From assembly GCA_964270895.1 (NCBI GenBank), contig OZ185438.1: a DNA stretch of 64,000 bases; one strand, written 5' to 3'. Of the stretch, positions 1-12,895 are shown one piece after another. Under the pieces are notes generated by a model, which had not been told where the DNA came from, did no database searches, and saw only the letters and a program-made list of their open reading frames with translations. How positions within the stretch are numbered: the stretch's first letter is position 1; every line of letters starts with the position of its first letter. A program made the translations under genes and the position numbers. The DNA comes from Podarcis filfolensis (Eukaryota).

Positions 1-38
1 TATGGTCCGGCTCTCACTTCCATACATCACTACTGGGA
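1..38 (-). mobile_element. RTE-BovB LINE fragment, cut by the window edge
   Basis: tatggtccggctctcacttccatacatcactactggga closely matches the BovB copy at about 29659-29696. Confidence 0.8.
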
Positions 39-853
39 TGTAGTGATGACATTTTAAGAATTAGTAAATAAACAATTTTTAACTTACCAAGCGTGTGGTC
101 TCTTTCTATGCTAAAGGAAGTGGGAAACTTTGGAAGTGGCTTAGAAGGGGATATCTTAAAGGTCTAACAACTTATATTTCCACGCTTTGCTTTGCTACAT
201 GTTTTGTGATTTTTATTTCTGCTGAGTACTTGCCCCAAACCTTGATCTAGGCATCCGGGGAATTTTCTTTTTATTCTTTAACCAAACTATCAAAAAAACC
301 CAACACTTTGTGTTCAGTTGGACTTACTTCCAGATATGTGTGACACTGCAACCTTGCTCTTTCCAAATGGCAGAAATGGGGGGTGGGGAGAACTAGCTTG
401 TAACATTACCTTGCAGGCCTCAGTCACAAGGCCTGGCCATGTCCTTTTCTGCCAAGGTGCTTGAGGTTTATAGATTCCAATGTATCACAGCCCAGTTAAT
501 TTTATCAGGAGGCAATAGAAACTATATTTCATGTACAATGCAGTCTTTGGCATATGTGCCGCTGGGGTGCAAAATTCAGCCCAGCACCTCCAAATTTAGT
601 TTAGCCCCCAAATTAACTTTTATTATGATGTAAGAGTTAATTTCGCATGCACAGTGCCATTGAGAATGACAAGCGCCGTCCCTGAGTCAAGCACCACTGT
701 TGTGAATGACAAGCGCCGCCGCAGGCACGGCGCGTCTTTGGTAAATGAGCACACAAAGTCGAAAGTCCTTTAGTGAAACAGTAGGTATACATTCGGGTAA
801 TACCTAGGTATATATGTATTTTGTTTTTCTAGCTTGATCAAAATTATTTATTA

Positions 854-1095
854 CAGTGGTACTTCAGGTTAAGTACTTAATTCGTTCCGGAGGTCCATAC
901 TTAACCTGAAACTGTTCTTAACCTGAAGCACCACTTTAGCTAATGGGGCCTCCTGCTGCCGCCGAACCACAGGAGCACGATTTCTGTTCTCATCCTGAAG
1001 CAAATTTCTTAACCTGAAGCACTATTTCTGGGTTAGCGGAGTCTGCAACCTGAAGCATATGTAACCTGAAGCGTGTGTAACCTGAGGTACCACTT
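854..1095. mobile_element. Tigger/pogo-type MITE (cagtggtacc family)
   Basis: Inverted termini cagtggtac...gtaccact, TA on both sides, internal aacctgaag repeats; one of 7 copies in the window. Confidence 0.85.
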
Positions 1096-2245
1096 TATTT
1101 CATAACAGGTAGAGAGTTAAGAGCTTAGGTGGCATCAGTGGCGGGCACCTGGCGCCCCCCAGAATTCGGTGCCTGTGTGCCCCACACCCCTTGCACACCC
1201 CGAGTAAGGATGGCCCTGCTCATGTATCCTGAGAAGAAAGAATGCTCCTTAGTATTGCAGGAATATTCAGTCATTCAGTCCTCTCCTGCTATTAGAAAGC
1301 CATCATCACCATCAGTTTTCACTCCTTCACATGTTTATTTAGGAAAGGGATGGAGGAGGAATAAGTAAGAGGATGAAATGGCTGGCATAAAATCAACTAT
1401 CAGTCAGGTCAAAACTTTGGAAGTGATTTGGACTTGGTTCATAATGGGGTTAGGATTTCCAATCTGGAAGCTTTTGCTTCAGACGCTCAAAATTCCAAAA
1501 ATATCAAGTATCAAGGGTTAATGCTGTTCAGTGTGCTTTTTGTGTAAATCCTATCTATATATGCCTATTCGAAATCAGCCCCTTTGGTCTCAATAGGACT
1601 TCCACCCAGGTAACCCTTTTCACTCAGAGATAAATCCCCATTTGGGCTACTTTCCAGGGATCACCTAGGCAGCTCCAGAGGCCATATTGAACATGGACTG
1701 CCTTCACACTGTAGTTTATTCCGTTTTGTTGATGACTTCCTAAACTGTTATTTTGGACATGATATTTGAGCTTTCACGTGATATACAGGCCACTTCTGGA
1801 AAACTAATGAAATGGAATGGAGTATAGTTCAAGTTTAGCACTCATTTCCATGTTATTTAATTCCAGGGGGAAATCCATTTGCAGGAGTTTTGCGTGACTA
1901 TTTCACCACCTTTTTCATGTGTTCATGCTGCAGCTGGTCATGTGACAAGCCATCAGATGGCATACTGGCACGCACTGCACTCACTGCCCATTTCAAGGCT
2001 TGCATCTTTCCCCCACCCCACCCTTGATGAGAAAGCATGCTGATATTTCAGCACAGAAATCCATTCTGAGAAGGTAAAGCAAAGAAGAATGGGGAAATGT
2101 AAAGAGAGAGGGATGGCATGGAGGAGCTACATGTGTAAATGATATTTACTGCAATGTGGAGGTATAGCAGTTGAGATGTATTGGAACACGCATGTGCAGT
2201 GTGAAAGGAACATTAAAAAATGGGACAAAAGCTCCAGCCTTATAA

Positions 2246-2525
2246 GGTAAAAAAGCAAAGGACCCCTGGACGGTTAAGTCCAGTCAATGGCCACTATGGG
2301 GTGTGGTGCTCATCTCGCTTCAGGCTGAGGGAGCTGGCGTTTGTCCACAGACAGCTTTCCGGGTCATGTGGCCACCATGACTAAACCGCTTGTGGTGCAA
2401 CGGAATGCTGTGACAAAAATCAGAGTGCATGGAAACGCCATTTACCTTCCTGCTGCAGTGGTACCTATTTATCTACTTGCACTGGTGTGCTTTTTGAACT
2501 GCTAGGTTGGCAGGAGCTGGGACAG
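2246..2525 (-). mobile_element. Sauria SINE, 5'-truncated
   Basis: Homologous to the full-length copies at 7627 and 24939; 10-bp TSD agccttataa at 2236-2245 and 2526-2535. Confidence 0.9.
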
Positions 2526-2691
2526 AGCCTTATAATCAGTTAAACTAATGCAATGAACCCCACATGCAAATGGTGCCATAGTGAGAGGCAAAAATGGACA
2601 GAATATGAATGTGAATGTTAATTTTCTACAATACACTAGCTGTTAGGGGGGTTGTTTTTTACATTTTTATGCCCTTCTCTATCCTCCATCC

Positions 2692-2944
2692 AGCTGAGGC
2701 TCCAATACTTTGGCCACCTCATGAGAAGAGAAGGCTCCCTGGAAAAGACCCTGATGTTGGGAAAGATGGAGGGCACAAGGAGAAGGGGACGACAGAGGAC
2801 GAGATGGTTGGATAGTGTTCTTGAAGCTACCAGCATGAGTTTGACCAAACTGCGGGAGGCAGTGGAAGACAGAAGTGCCTGGCGTGCTCTGGTCCATGGG
2901 GTCACAAAGAGTTGGACACGACTAAATGACTAAACAACAACAAC
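2692..2944 (+). mobile_element. RTE-BovB LINE 3' end
   Basis: ORF ...LQYFGHLMRREGSLEKTLMLGKMEG...WLD...TRLND; (caa)n tail; 11-bp TSD atcctccatcc at 2681-2691 and 2945-2955. Confidence 0.95.
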
Positions 2945-3844
2945 ATCCTCCATCCATGCAAGCAAAAATTATTATCATATTTAAAAGGCTCATGAGGGTG
3001 TGTAGCCTGAGGAGAATTTTGAAGTCCAGACAGAGAGGCCTGGAGAGCTGCATTTGGGCCTCAGGCCTAGAATTCCCCGTCCCTGGAATATAGGATTAAA
3101 ACCTGTTTCAGTCATACTCAAGTCACATTAGACTATCATGACCAACCTTTCAGCTATTTCTTCAGCTGTTGATGCCTTATATCTCAGGTAGTGGGCTTTA
3201 TACGCAGGGGATGAATTTGGGAACCAGTTGCTCAAGTTGTACTTCAACTTCATTTGCTACAGCTTGTACTGCAAAAACTCTGTCTACAACAAAGGCAGAG
3301 CAGAGGAGGAAGAGATATCCCGGGAGATCAGAATGAGTAAAAAGCCTCATTCTGGTACTCTGGTGAAATGGAACATTGAAACGAAGATTCTGCAAAGGCT
3401 TGAAGAGTGCCAGACCACTCAATGGGTGTGAGAGTGAAAGGGAAGTGATGGGGTCTATTTGTCTTCTTCCATCCCTTCCTTTATCTCAAATCTTTGGAAG
3501 AAAATGAAACAAAGTACACACTTTTCCCTTTTGTTGAAAACACAGGCTCAGCAGTTTTTTGTGCCAGTTTCTATTTTCAATTTGAATTATATCCTATTCT
3601 GAAGGCTCAGCATAGATTACAGTAACAAAACCAAACAAACATCATTGCCAATATTTAATACTTTAAAAAATCTCATCTGAAATCTTCCAATACCAAGTGA
3701 ACACCAATCTCAACCATTTCTTTCCAAAATGCATCCTCTCCCCACTTTCAGTACTTTCCATATTCCTTTTTCTTTTATATTTATTCTCAACCAGTTGAGT
3801 CTTTCCATTACTTTATGTCCACTGTTAAGGATGTGCCTTCATAC

Positions 3845-3901
3845 CTGCACCGATGGAGTAGATGCTGAGAGCAACCACCAGCAAGAAAGTTCTTATAGCT
3901 A
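3845..3901 (-). CDS. Candidate 57-nt symmetric exon, gene unidentified (AIRTFLLVVALSIYSIGA or SYKNFLAGGCSQHLLHRC)
   Basis: Acceptor ccctgctcttatctccag, donor cag|gtatga, two open frames; no homology confirmed. Confidence 0.35.
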
Positions 3902-4347
3902 CTGGAGATAAGAGCAGGGTTGATATAAGGCATATAGGCTAAGTTATCAGTTTATGATGGAGATGTGGTTGTTTTACCACTTAGACCTTGTGGCAAGGAC
4001 TGGTTATATCTGGATAAAAGCTGGGTCCACTCAGATGTTGAACCATACAAAGTCCTGCTAAAATGTTATTGAACAGACCTACTCTAACTGTGTGAAAATA
4101 TTTATGCATTCCATGCTTCATAGTGCTGCACAGAATGTCCTAATTTTATTTTTATTTTAGGACACAAGTATGTAAAATCAGAGTCGTCATAGTGATCCAT
4201 AGCTAAAAGTAAAAGTCGGTAATTGTGTCCTCTTTTTTGCTCTTCAAAATATGGCAACCCTAGTTAAAACTACTGGTACAAACCAGCTTCTTGGTGGGAA
4301 AGCGGGATATAATTGCAGTTAAGTACATTTTTAAAAGTGGGAGTGAA

Positions 4348-4440
4348 TAGGGCTGCAATCCTATGCCCATATACCTGGGAGTAAATCCCATTGAATTTAT
4401 TGGGACTTATTTTTGAGGAGACATGACTAGGGTTGTGCTG
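4348..4440. repeat. Old short palindromic dispersed element (gctgcaatcc...cccattgaa family)
   Basis: Related degraded copies near 19477-19560, 27920-27990 and 41000-41070. Confidence 0.5.
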
Positions 4441-5304
4441 CGAATGTGCAAACATATTTGACAGATTAAAACTAGAAGAAATACCTCAAAACCAAACATT
4501 TCAGCCCTGAATCCTTTTCTTGCCAGAACAACCTGTGACAGCAGACATTTACTTTTCTAACATGTCACAAAAAGCAATGTGCGATATGGCACAGCTGTTT
4601 TGCTCTTTAGAGGGAAACAAGTCAAATATCCCACTGGGTGTGCCTTGGCTCTTTGGAATCTGGCTCAGCTTCTAGCAAAATTGTGAGATTGAAGAGGTGT
4701 TGCCTTTAGAACTGGTTAATGCGCACGGACTGATGAAAATCTTGAAGGAGACAGGGGCTAGGTGAAGAAAGGTGACTGTCAAATGAGTTTACACAGACAT
4801 GAATAATTTAAAATTTGCAAGCAACCTTTGTTCACAACATGCAGCTTACAGTCTCAATATATCTGAAATGTCAAGGCTTTTTCTCTGAGTTAACAGATGC
4901 TAAAGGTCCAAAGTAAGGCGTTAGTTCTTGGTATAAATTAGCTGAGTGCAAGGCTTCTTTGCCAAAAAAAAAAAAAAAAACAGGAACATGTACATTTTTG
5001 GGGGTGGGGGAGGACCAAGGCAACCCCCAAATAGATCATGTCCTTATTAAAAAAATGCCTTATCCCATTTTTTTAAAAAATGTATAATTCAATTTCTGAA
5101 AAAATGAATGGAAACTTTTAGGTCTGAAATCTGACTGAAATCATATGTACATTGAAAAAAAAGGAAAGAATACATGATAGAAATTATTATTTTTAAAATT
5201 TAATATACGTTGGAAATCTTCCTGCAAAGGTAATGCTGAAGTCTGATGGGTCGCTCTAGCTAACATTACCTTTATTTTGGTGTGCTGGTTTAACTTTACT
5301 GTCG

Positions 5305-5551
5305 GTTGTTGTTTAGTCATGTCAGTTAGTCATTTAGTCGTGTCCAACTCTTCTTGACCCCATGGACCAGAGCACGCCAGGCACTCCTGTCTTCCACTGC
5401 CTCCTGCAGTTTGGTCAAACTCATGCTGGTAGCTTCGAGAACACTATCCAACCATCTCATCCTCTGTTGTCCCCTTCTCCTTGTGCCCCCCATCTTTCTC
5501 AACATCAGGTGGCCAAAGTATTGGAGTCTCAGCTTCAGGATCTTTCCTTCC
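5305..5551 (-). mobile_element. RTE-BovB LINE 3' end with internal deletion
   Basis: Matches the 29259-29530 copy but lacks about 30 bp after caacatca; (ttg)n tail. Confidence 0.9.
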
Positions 5552-5769
5552 AGGAAGGAAAAAGGAAGAAGACAGAATTATGGAGCCTAAGCAAGCAGTT
5601 GCTAGGGTGAGAGTAGGGATGAGAGAATCTGCCAGTTTGGTTTCTCTCTTTCACACTTTTCCTGAGATTAAGTTCAGTCCTCCATGTTTCCACATAACTT
5701 TGCAATTAAGAAAAAAGTCACCACGAAAATTTCATCAAGATTTCAGTGTGAATTTCTTCTAATATACAG

Positions 5770-5950
5770 TCCTGTGTGCAAGTTTTCCTTAAGTAAGAAG
5801 GAATTTTCCCTAGTATAATACAATTTTGTGTGTTATTTTCATGAATGCATGCATTTCGTTGTGTACTTTACTTTGATAGATGCATTTTTGTACATGACAC
5901 TTAGCCAGAGAACTTCATTGCAAAATTCAGAGAAGTGGATTTTTTAAAAG
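5770..5950. repeat. Unclassified old dispersed repeat (cattgcaaaattcagagaagtg family)
   Basis: The same core recurs at about 33355-33378 and 63869-63885. Confidence 0.6.
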
Positions 5951-6195
5951 ATAGCTGTGTTTTTATTTGCAAAGTGTTTCAGAAAGCATGAATTGGGTAG
6001 ATTTCTCCCTCTTTCCTACATGAGAGCATGGAGCCTTGTACCAGTCTGTCTGGTTAGCTATCACACTGCCCCATCTCAGATATGTGGGCCTCTCTCTCTC
6101 TTCCTCCAGCATAGTGTATGAGGGAAGGTATAGTTCATTCAGGGCCTCCCATAACATACTGTGTCCTGTTCTGTGCAGGGAGGGGACTGGGACAG

Positions 6196-6237
6196 AGGAG
6201 GAGGAGGAGGAGGAGGAGGAGGAGGAGGAGGAGGAGG
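6196..6237. repeat. (GAG)n microsatellite
   Basis: Direct reading; it explains the poly-E, poly-R and poly-P ORFs at 6036-6360. Confidence 0.95.
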
Positions 6238-7626
6238 GGGAAGGAACATAGTCACTCTTCCATTTCTTCTATCACTATAGCTGCTCCTGCCAAGGCAAAG
6301 CAAGGCAAAGCAAGGGAAAGTGAACATTGTTGGGTTTGTTTTTGGGAGAGGATGAGTTAGAGATGGCTTGGAGAACCAACAAAGACCAGAAGAGACATAG
6401 AACTTTCTCTCTAGGTGCTCAGATATAATACAAGCACAGGGAGGGAGTTTGGTTTTTAAGAAAACCTCATTTCACATTTTGGGAAGTCTTCCGAATCCCC
6501 GCGATTTTTGTGTGAGGCTTAAGCAAACTCCTGTGATGGCTCTAGTTAATACTAGTAGGAACAGGAAAAGACTTGCCATGCTGTCGGGAGCACAATGTAT
6601 TATCATGATATTACAGTGGCATAACATCAGTGTTGCCATGGCGTGTCAGCTAGTTGGTGTAGCAGAGGATTGGAGAATCCATGGCTCTCAAAATGCTGTT
6701 GAACACTAACTTCAATCAGCCCCATCCAGCACTGCCAATGATCAGGGGTGATGGAGGTTCAGCAACTTGTTGAGGGTCCCAGGTTTCCCACCAGCAAGAC
6801 CATATGATTGTATTGTTCAGATATGAAGGAGATGCTAATGTCTGTGGGGGAAAGTGCTGTTTTCTTGTTTCATTAGAGGTGGAAATTTAGATGATGATGT
6901 AAATATGCAATTTGCAGAGAGATACAGTTTGCTGACAACAGAAAAATCGGGCTAATTGCTTCTACAAGATAGTTGGCCCACATAATAGGTGACCCGCTTC
7001 TCATTCTCTCTCTCTCTCAAATAGACACATTAACCTTATATTCTCTCTCATCACCGTACTTGCAAATGTACCTTGCGTGAAGAAAGCCAGATAACTTGTT
7101 TTATCATTCATGAGTGCTTTGGTGTGTTTAATATTTTTCACTTGGAGCTATAGAGGGAGATAGTAAGAATTAAGCCACTGAGCTGGAAAATCAGAAGGCA
7201 TACATGGAATATAATCCTACTGCCCAGTGTTGCTTCGGTTATCAACTTGCAATTGTAAAAACCACTACAATGTGATTGATGTTGCATAGGAGTAAAGCAT
7301 TTGATGACCATCAATGGAAAACTCAGGAGCTGGATCCTGATATCTCATCTCTATCTATAAAATGCATCTACCATCTGGAAATGTATTAACAATGGGTCAA
7401 TTGTGTGTCTGTTCAGCGATTTATGTTAGCTCAGTAAGGGGTGTGTGTGTGATTCTCCACACATATAACCAAACTGAAGGTGAAATCAAAATACAATAAA
7501 GAAGTATTGGGGGGGGGGATTCAGAAAAAGCAGCAAGTTGTAAATGGGCTGTTGTTGGAGATGTAATCTGAAAAACATCCTTGATCAATGTCAGATAAGA
7601 ATTTGAAAGGTCTTATATTGCTGTCT

Positions 7627-7976
7627 GGGACGTGGGTGGCGCTGTGGGTTAAACCACAGAGCCTAGGACTTGCTGATCAGAAGGTCGGCGGTTTGAATCC
7701 CCGCAACGGGGTGAGCTCCTGTTGCTCGGTCCCCGCTCCTGCCAACCTAGCAGTTCGAAAGCACGTCAAAGTGCAAGTAGATAAATAGGTACCGCTCCAG
7801 CGGGAAGGTAAACGGCGTTTCTGTGCGCTGCTCTGGTTCGCCAGAAGCGGCTTAGTCATGCTGGCCACATGACCTGGAAGCTGTACACCAGCTCCCTCGG
7901 CCAATAAAGCAAGATGAGCGCCGCAACCCCAGAGTCGGTCACGACTGGACCTAATGGTCAGGGGTCCCTTTACCTT
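7627..7976 (+). mobile_element. Sauria SINE, full length
   Basis: tRNA-like head with A box tggcgctgtgggtt and B box ggtttgaatcc; BovB-like tail ending in acctt repeats; 14-bp TSD ttatattgctgtct at 7613-7626 and 7977-7990. Confidence 0.95.
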
Positions 7977-10449
7977 TTATATTGCTGTCTAGGAACAAGC
8001 AAGCAGGACAGGAACATCCTCTTAACATAGCAGGGCCATACCATGATTCTTTGCAGGACCTGCAGCCATGAATCATAAAGCCACTGGCCAAAGCTTAAAC
8101 ATCTACTACAGGAGTGGGGACCATTTTCCCTTGTGAAAACCCTTTCAGGGACCACATGCCTCTGATGGGGATGGCAAGAGGCCAAAGTGGGTAAAGCAAC
8201 AAATGAAATTCTACTATAGGTTACATTCAAGCCACATGATTGCCAGAGGTTTATTTTAACACACATGACCACACATGTATTTCTCCATCTTCGATCTGGG
8301 CAAGGAAGAGTCATTTTCACCATTCAAGAACTCACATTCCAGACATTTGCTTTGGGGCCTGAGGCTCTCCACCCCTGGTCTAGCAGATCCATAAGTTCTG
8401 CCCAGTCCTGATAGGATTGTCAGAAATTGTTCTGGTTGATGCATATTTTAGAAGTTCCATCAGTTAAGTTGCTCATCACAAAAATGCAAACAGGTTGATG
8501 CACATATTAGCATAGCTGGTCCTCAGCACATGTTGTGTAATTAAAATAGGAGCTCTGTCCAGAATAAACAGAAAGCTTGTGATGGGCATGTTTGGGGCAT
8601 AATCTTTGTTGTCATGATTTATGTCACATTAAAAAAGAAAGAAAAAAGAAATTCTGTTGGGTAAACTTCATGAATGGCTGCTCACTGATGATGGATTCAT
8701 TGCTTTGATGGGCCAAATTAAATTATGCACCCTCTGTTGATACAATACAGTCTGCAACACCTTTGTGTCTTTTTGATATAGAGTTGTCATTCAGGGCAAC
8801 TCCCACCATGTTTAATTCAAATAATTAGAAAACTGTGATGATACTGTGCCTGAAATGAGAGCCCTCATTTGCTCCTGCTTTTGTTCTGCAAATACAATGA
8901 ATGGCTGGACTGCCTGTTTCAGGCCACATTTTAGAAATGAACAACCCAAAGTCCTCAATGATCAGAACCTTTTGTTTTGTTCATTCACTTCATAAAGCAG
9001 TTTCAATTCCAGTGAGTTTCTCCCACCAGTTAATAGAGTTCCTCTCCCTTCCTCCTGCCCCAAATTTGGGGGTCTTCAGCCATTCCAGGCAAATGAGCAC
9101 ACAATTACTTACATTTATCTGTAGATTTAGCCCCCAAACCTTATGTTTTTGTTACATGCTTCTTAGTTCTCTTTCAGGTCACTTGAGGTGATGTTACTGA
9201 GTTACTTTTGAAATAGTCGAAAGGCTTTCTAAGCTCTCAGCAGGGGGACTGATACGCTACTCCAACTTGCAGCATAGCATCCTGCTGAACAAACCCCAGG
9301 AAGAAGACTCTAAAGAATGGAAGTCATCGCCTCCTTCCCTTACTGAACAGTATTTCATTACACTTGTATATGTTGGCAAGTGCTGGCTTTTAGCGCTGGT
9401 AATGTGATGTAACAAGGCACAAGGCTTTTAAGTAATCATAGACAACTTCTCAATAAAATAGAAAGTCATTGTTAAAAACCTTCCACAATAGCTGGGTGAC
9501 GGATGGGATGTCAAAGAACCCATTAGATGTTACCTGAAATGTATGTGTATTGCTCTTTAGCAAAAAATGGATAACTGCTTCAAAATCAATTACTTTTCAT
9601 TCAATCTCCTTGATTAAACTTTGACCAACTAGCCTAGCTTTTAAGGCACTGGATCTGTGTGTGTCGGCCCTTCCCCCACCATTCTTCTTCAGAACTGTTT
9701 GCCTGCAATTTCAGGAGACCATTATACCCTGTTGTGCAGTGTTGTCCTAGACTACTATCAAAAGGCAGGGTAGCTGGGGATAAAAGGTTCTATTTTACTT
9801 AAGACTGTGAGGTTTGGGAGAATGGCATGCTGTGTTCACGGGGAGTAAAGTTAAGCACCTGCATAAATCTTAGACAGATTGGAAGTTTGCATTAAACGCC
9901 TAGGAGGCACAAGTGATGGCGGCGAGGGGGGGGGGTAGGAGAATAAACAGAGAAGCTTTATAGTTTCAGGTGTATAATATATCAGGGATGGAAAAGCAGC
10001 TTGATATAAGACAAGCTGAACCTATCATAAATATGACAATTTTCTCATACAGCAGAAGTATGATTTTAATATATATTGATACAGAAACGCAATATGTGAA
10101 AAACAATATTCTGTAGCATCTTGAAAACATGTTCATATTTGAAGCCGTCTGGCAAAACATTAGGTTCCACTTTAGCAGCGTTTGGGTTTTCAAATTTGCA
10201 TGGTGTGCACTTTGTAAATTCCTTAAAATAAACACACATATAAATAAATTGAAGTTATGGCCAGCCTTAGACCTTAGACTATTTCCCACCCAAGGAACAT
10301 ATTTCGCTTCCTCTTGTTTTGAACACCAATTTTTAAAAGCTAGGCACTTTTCATTTCACAACAATGGTTCACATTTTGCCGGTAGGCTTGATCCTTGGCT
10401 TGTAAACTGATAAGCATGATTGCCTTTTTGTATTTTTAATGCTGTATAT

Positions 10450-10585
10450 CAGGCATAGGCAAACTCGGCCCTCCAGATGTTTTGGAACTACAATTCCCAT
10501 CATCCCTGACCACTGGTCCTGTTAGCTAGGGATCATGGGAGTTGTAGTCCCAAAACATCTGGAGGGCTGAGTTTGCCTATGCCTG
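10450..10585. mobile_element. hAT MITE, 136 bp
   Basis: TIR caggcataggcaaactc; perfect 8-bp TSD ctgtatat. Confidence 0.93.
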
Positions 10586-11766
10586 CTGTATATAAACATT
10601 TTTTTAAAAAAAATACATCTAATAGTAGAAAACATGCTACCTCATGAAATTCAAGACAACCATTGTCTTTTTACAAACTTATTCTGCGTATTGCAGCTAC
10701 CTGTGCCCTATCCCATATTGTTCTGAAGGGCTCCCAAACCACAGTTGCAGCTTTTCAGTTTTAAGACCAATATATGTGCTAGCAGCAAGAAACTAAACTA
10801 TCTACCAACTTAAGTGGATAAGTATTAAATAGTGTTACAGCCTTCAAATGTTAACTGTTACTTCAGTATATCACTTTTCTTACCTTTGTCCTTGCAAACT
10901 AAAGCACATTGTCAGAGATGGCAGCGGGGGGTGGGGGGTCGACGACACTGGGCAATGTCTTTTTCAAAAAGAAAACAGCTAGTGACACCAGTTTTTGGGG
11001 CATAGTTAAACCTGGCATACCCTGAACCTAGTACCAATAGAAGATCAATTTCAGCCATAGAAAATAAACCAAGCACAAAATTGGTTTGATTTCCAATTTA
11101 TTTCAAGTAACTTGTTATCAAATGAAATGCTTCTATATTGCTTAATAAAAATTGATGGGTGAAAAATTGTTGCAATAGCATACCAAATCCCAGTGCTCCA
11201 GGTGGTTGCTTCAGTGACCTGTTCTTATATCTAACTGGGATGAAGATGGACATACTTTTAAGTATGATGGAAAAGGTTTCAATGTCCGTTTTCTGCCCTC
11301 TCAGAATGCAACAAATGTGTGTTCAGATTCAGACCATTTCCGCAAAACTTTGGTGTGTCTGCTTAGCCATATTCAAGTGTTAGTTTCCACGGGATTCTGA
11401 TCATGTGTTGAGAGATAGCTGGGCTGCGAACACAGAGGTCCATCTCATGGGGACAGCCTATGCATGTGTGATAGGTTCCAAAGATACATGCAGTGCTTTC
11501 CCCCCTAAAAAATAAAATAAAAATGTTTAGGGGTACTCTCATGTGTGTACAACACAGAGCCATTGCTAGTGTGAAATGCAATGGTAGTCCTACTGTGCTG
11601 TCTCTGTATACAATCTGACTTAGGCCAATTTTTCACCATATACTTAAAGCACCAGTAGATTCACTCATGGCTTCCCCAAAAGAATGCTGGGAACTGAAGT
11701 TAAAAAGACTCCTAGTCCTGCCACACAGCTACAATTCGCAGAGTGGTTTAACAAGGCGAGAGGTGC

Positions 11767-12529
11767 TGTGAGCGGGAGACGATTCCCACGTCACGCAGGC
11801 GGCGTTCTGCCCCCTGCCCTATCCTCATGGCTGGCGCGCCATGCCCCCGGTTGGACACCCAACCGGGAGGCTCGGTGGGGGCGTGGTTTGCTGCTCAAAT
11901 GCAGCCGCGCCAGCCATTCTGCCCATTGCACTCACATTTTTGCCTCGAGTCACCCACCCACCACTCCCTTTAGAGCTTAGCTTTTCCCTTGACTTTGCTA
12001 TGGACCTCTGGTTGGTCGCCCTGGTGGCCCAGGGGGCCTGGTAGGAATTTTTCCCAACTGGCAAATTGGCACTGACCTTTTGGTTTTTTCCGCCTACCTC
12101 GTAGCAATCATCACAACTTTCGTGGTATTTGGCGGTTAGGCATTGGAATGTGTTGTTGGTGTGTGGAAGGGCAAGGTGTGGCCATTGCCTACCCCTTCAT
12201 TTTTGGGTATTCCATTAAAGGAATCCGGCGGTTGTGGATCCTGTCCGATGCCTGTGTGGCGGGGGGCCATGGCACGACCCTCGGGGACATCAGGGGAGAG
12301 CTTATAGTTGTATTAGCATCAACAGGCTCCCCCGACTGGTGGTTAACCCCTCTTCAGACTCACCCCTCTCCGAGTGGGTGGAGTCAAATCTTCTGTGGTC
12401 CAGTGCCTAAGCCAATACCTTCTCACATGATGTAATCAATAAAGTTGTGGCCTTTTCTTGCCCATTAACCTTACATACTGTGTCCACATGTCTTTATTCC
12501 CCATGCGGGGATCGGGTCCTCGAATCGCA
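11767..12529 (+). mobile_element. GC/CpG-rich LTR- or DIRS-like retroelement remnant
   Basis: Abrupt GC and CpG rise, aataaagttgtggcc near the 3' end, TG...CA candidate ends; no TSD found and class uncertain. Confidence 0.45.
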
Positions 12530-12574
12530 ATCATTCTTCCCTAGGATCTCTGAAAATTGTATCTCTCTGAGGGG

Positions 12575-12895
12575 AATTCTTCTTCATCATCATCTTCATC
12601 TGCGATCGCTTGTAGGTGAATAAGATTGCCTTCTGTGAATATGGTCTTAACAGCATGTCTGTGACTGTGGAGGCCAATTCTGGATCCACACGGTCAAGAT
12701 TTGCCAAGTGCACCTTCCTCTTAGCTCGTTTCTCCCTTTTGTCCGCAGTCTGTACTTCTTCAAAGTCCATGCCACCTTTGGTAGAGGTTATTCTCCGATT
12801 GGAGTGCTTGCAGGCCAGTGTTTCCCAATTATCTGTGCTTATATTGCATTTTTTAAGATTTGCCTTGAGAAAGTCTTTAAAATTCGCAGCACCTA
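12575..12895 (-). mobile_element. RTE-clade LINE (non-BovB) 3' fragment, degenerate
   Basis: Translates FKDFLKANLKKCNISTDNWETLA...EKRAKRK, resembling the RTE/Expander ORF C-terminus; ends in a gaa/gat-rich tail. Confidence 0.7.

Noticed and set aside
6036-6360. Poly-E, poly-R and poly-P proteins
   Set aside because: Translation artefacts of a pure (GAG)n microsatellite.
7588-7904. ORFs of the MAEGAGVQLPGHVASMTKPLL type (also near 25004, 36714, 41238 and 45234) as a small gene family
   Set aside because: All lie within Sauria SINE copies, which are non-coding.
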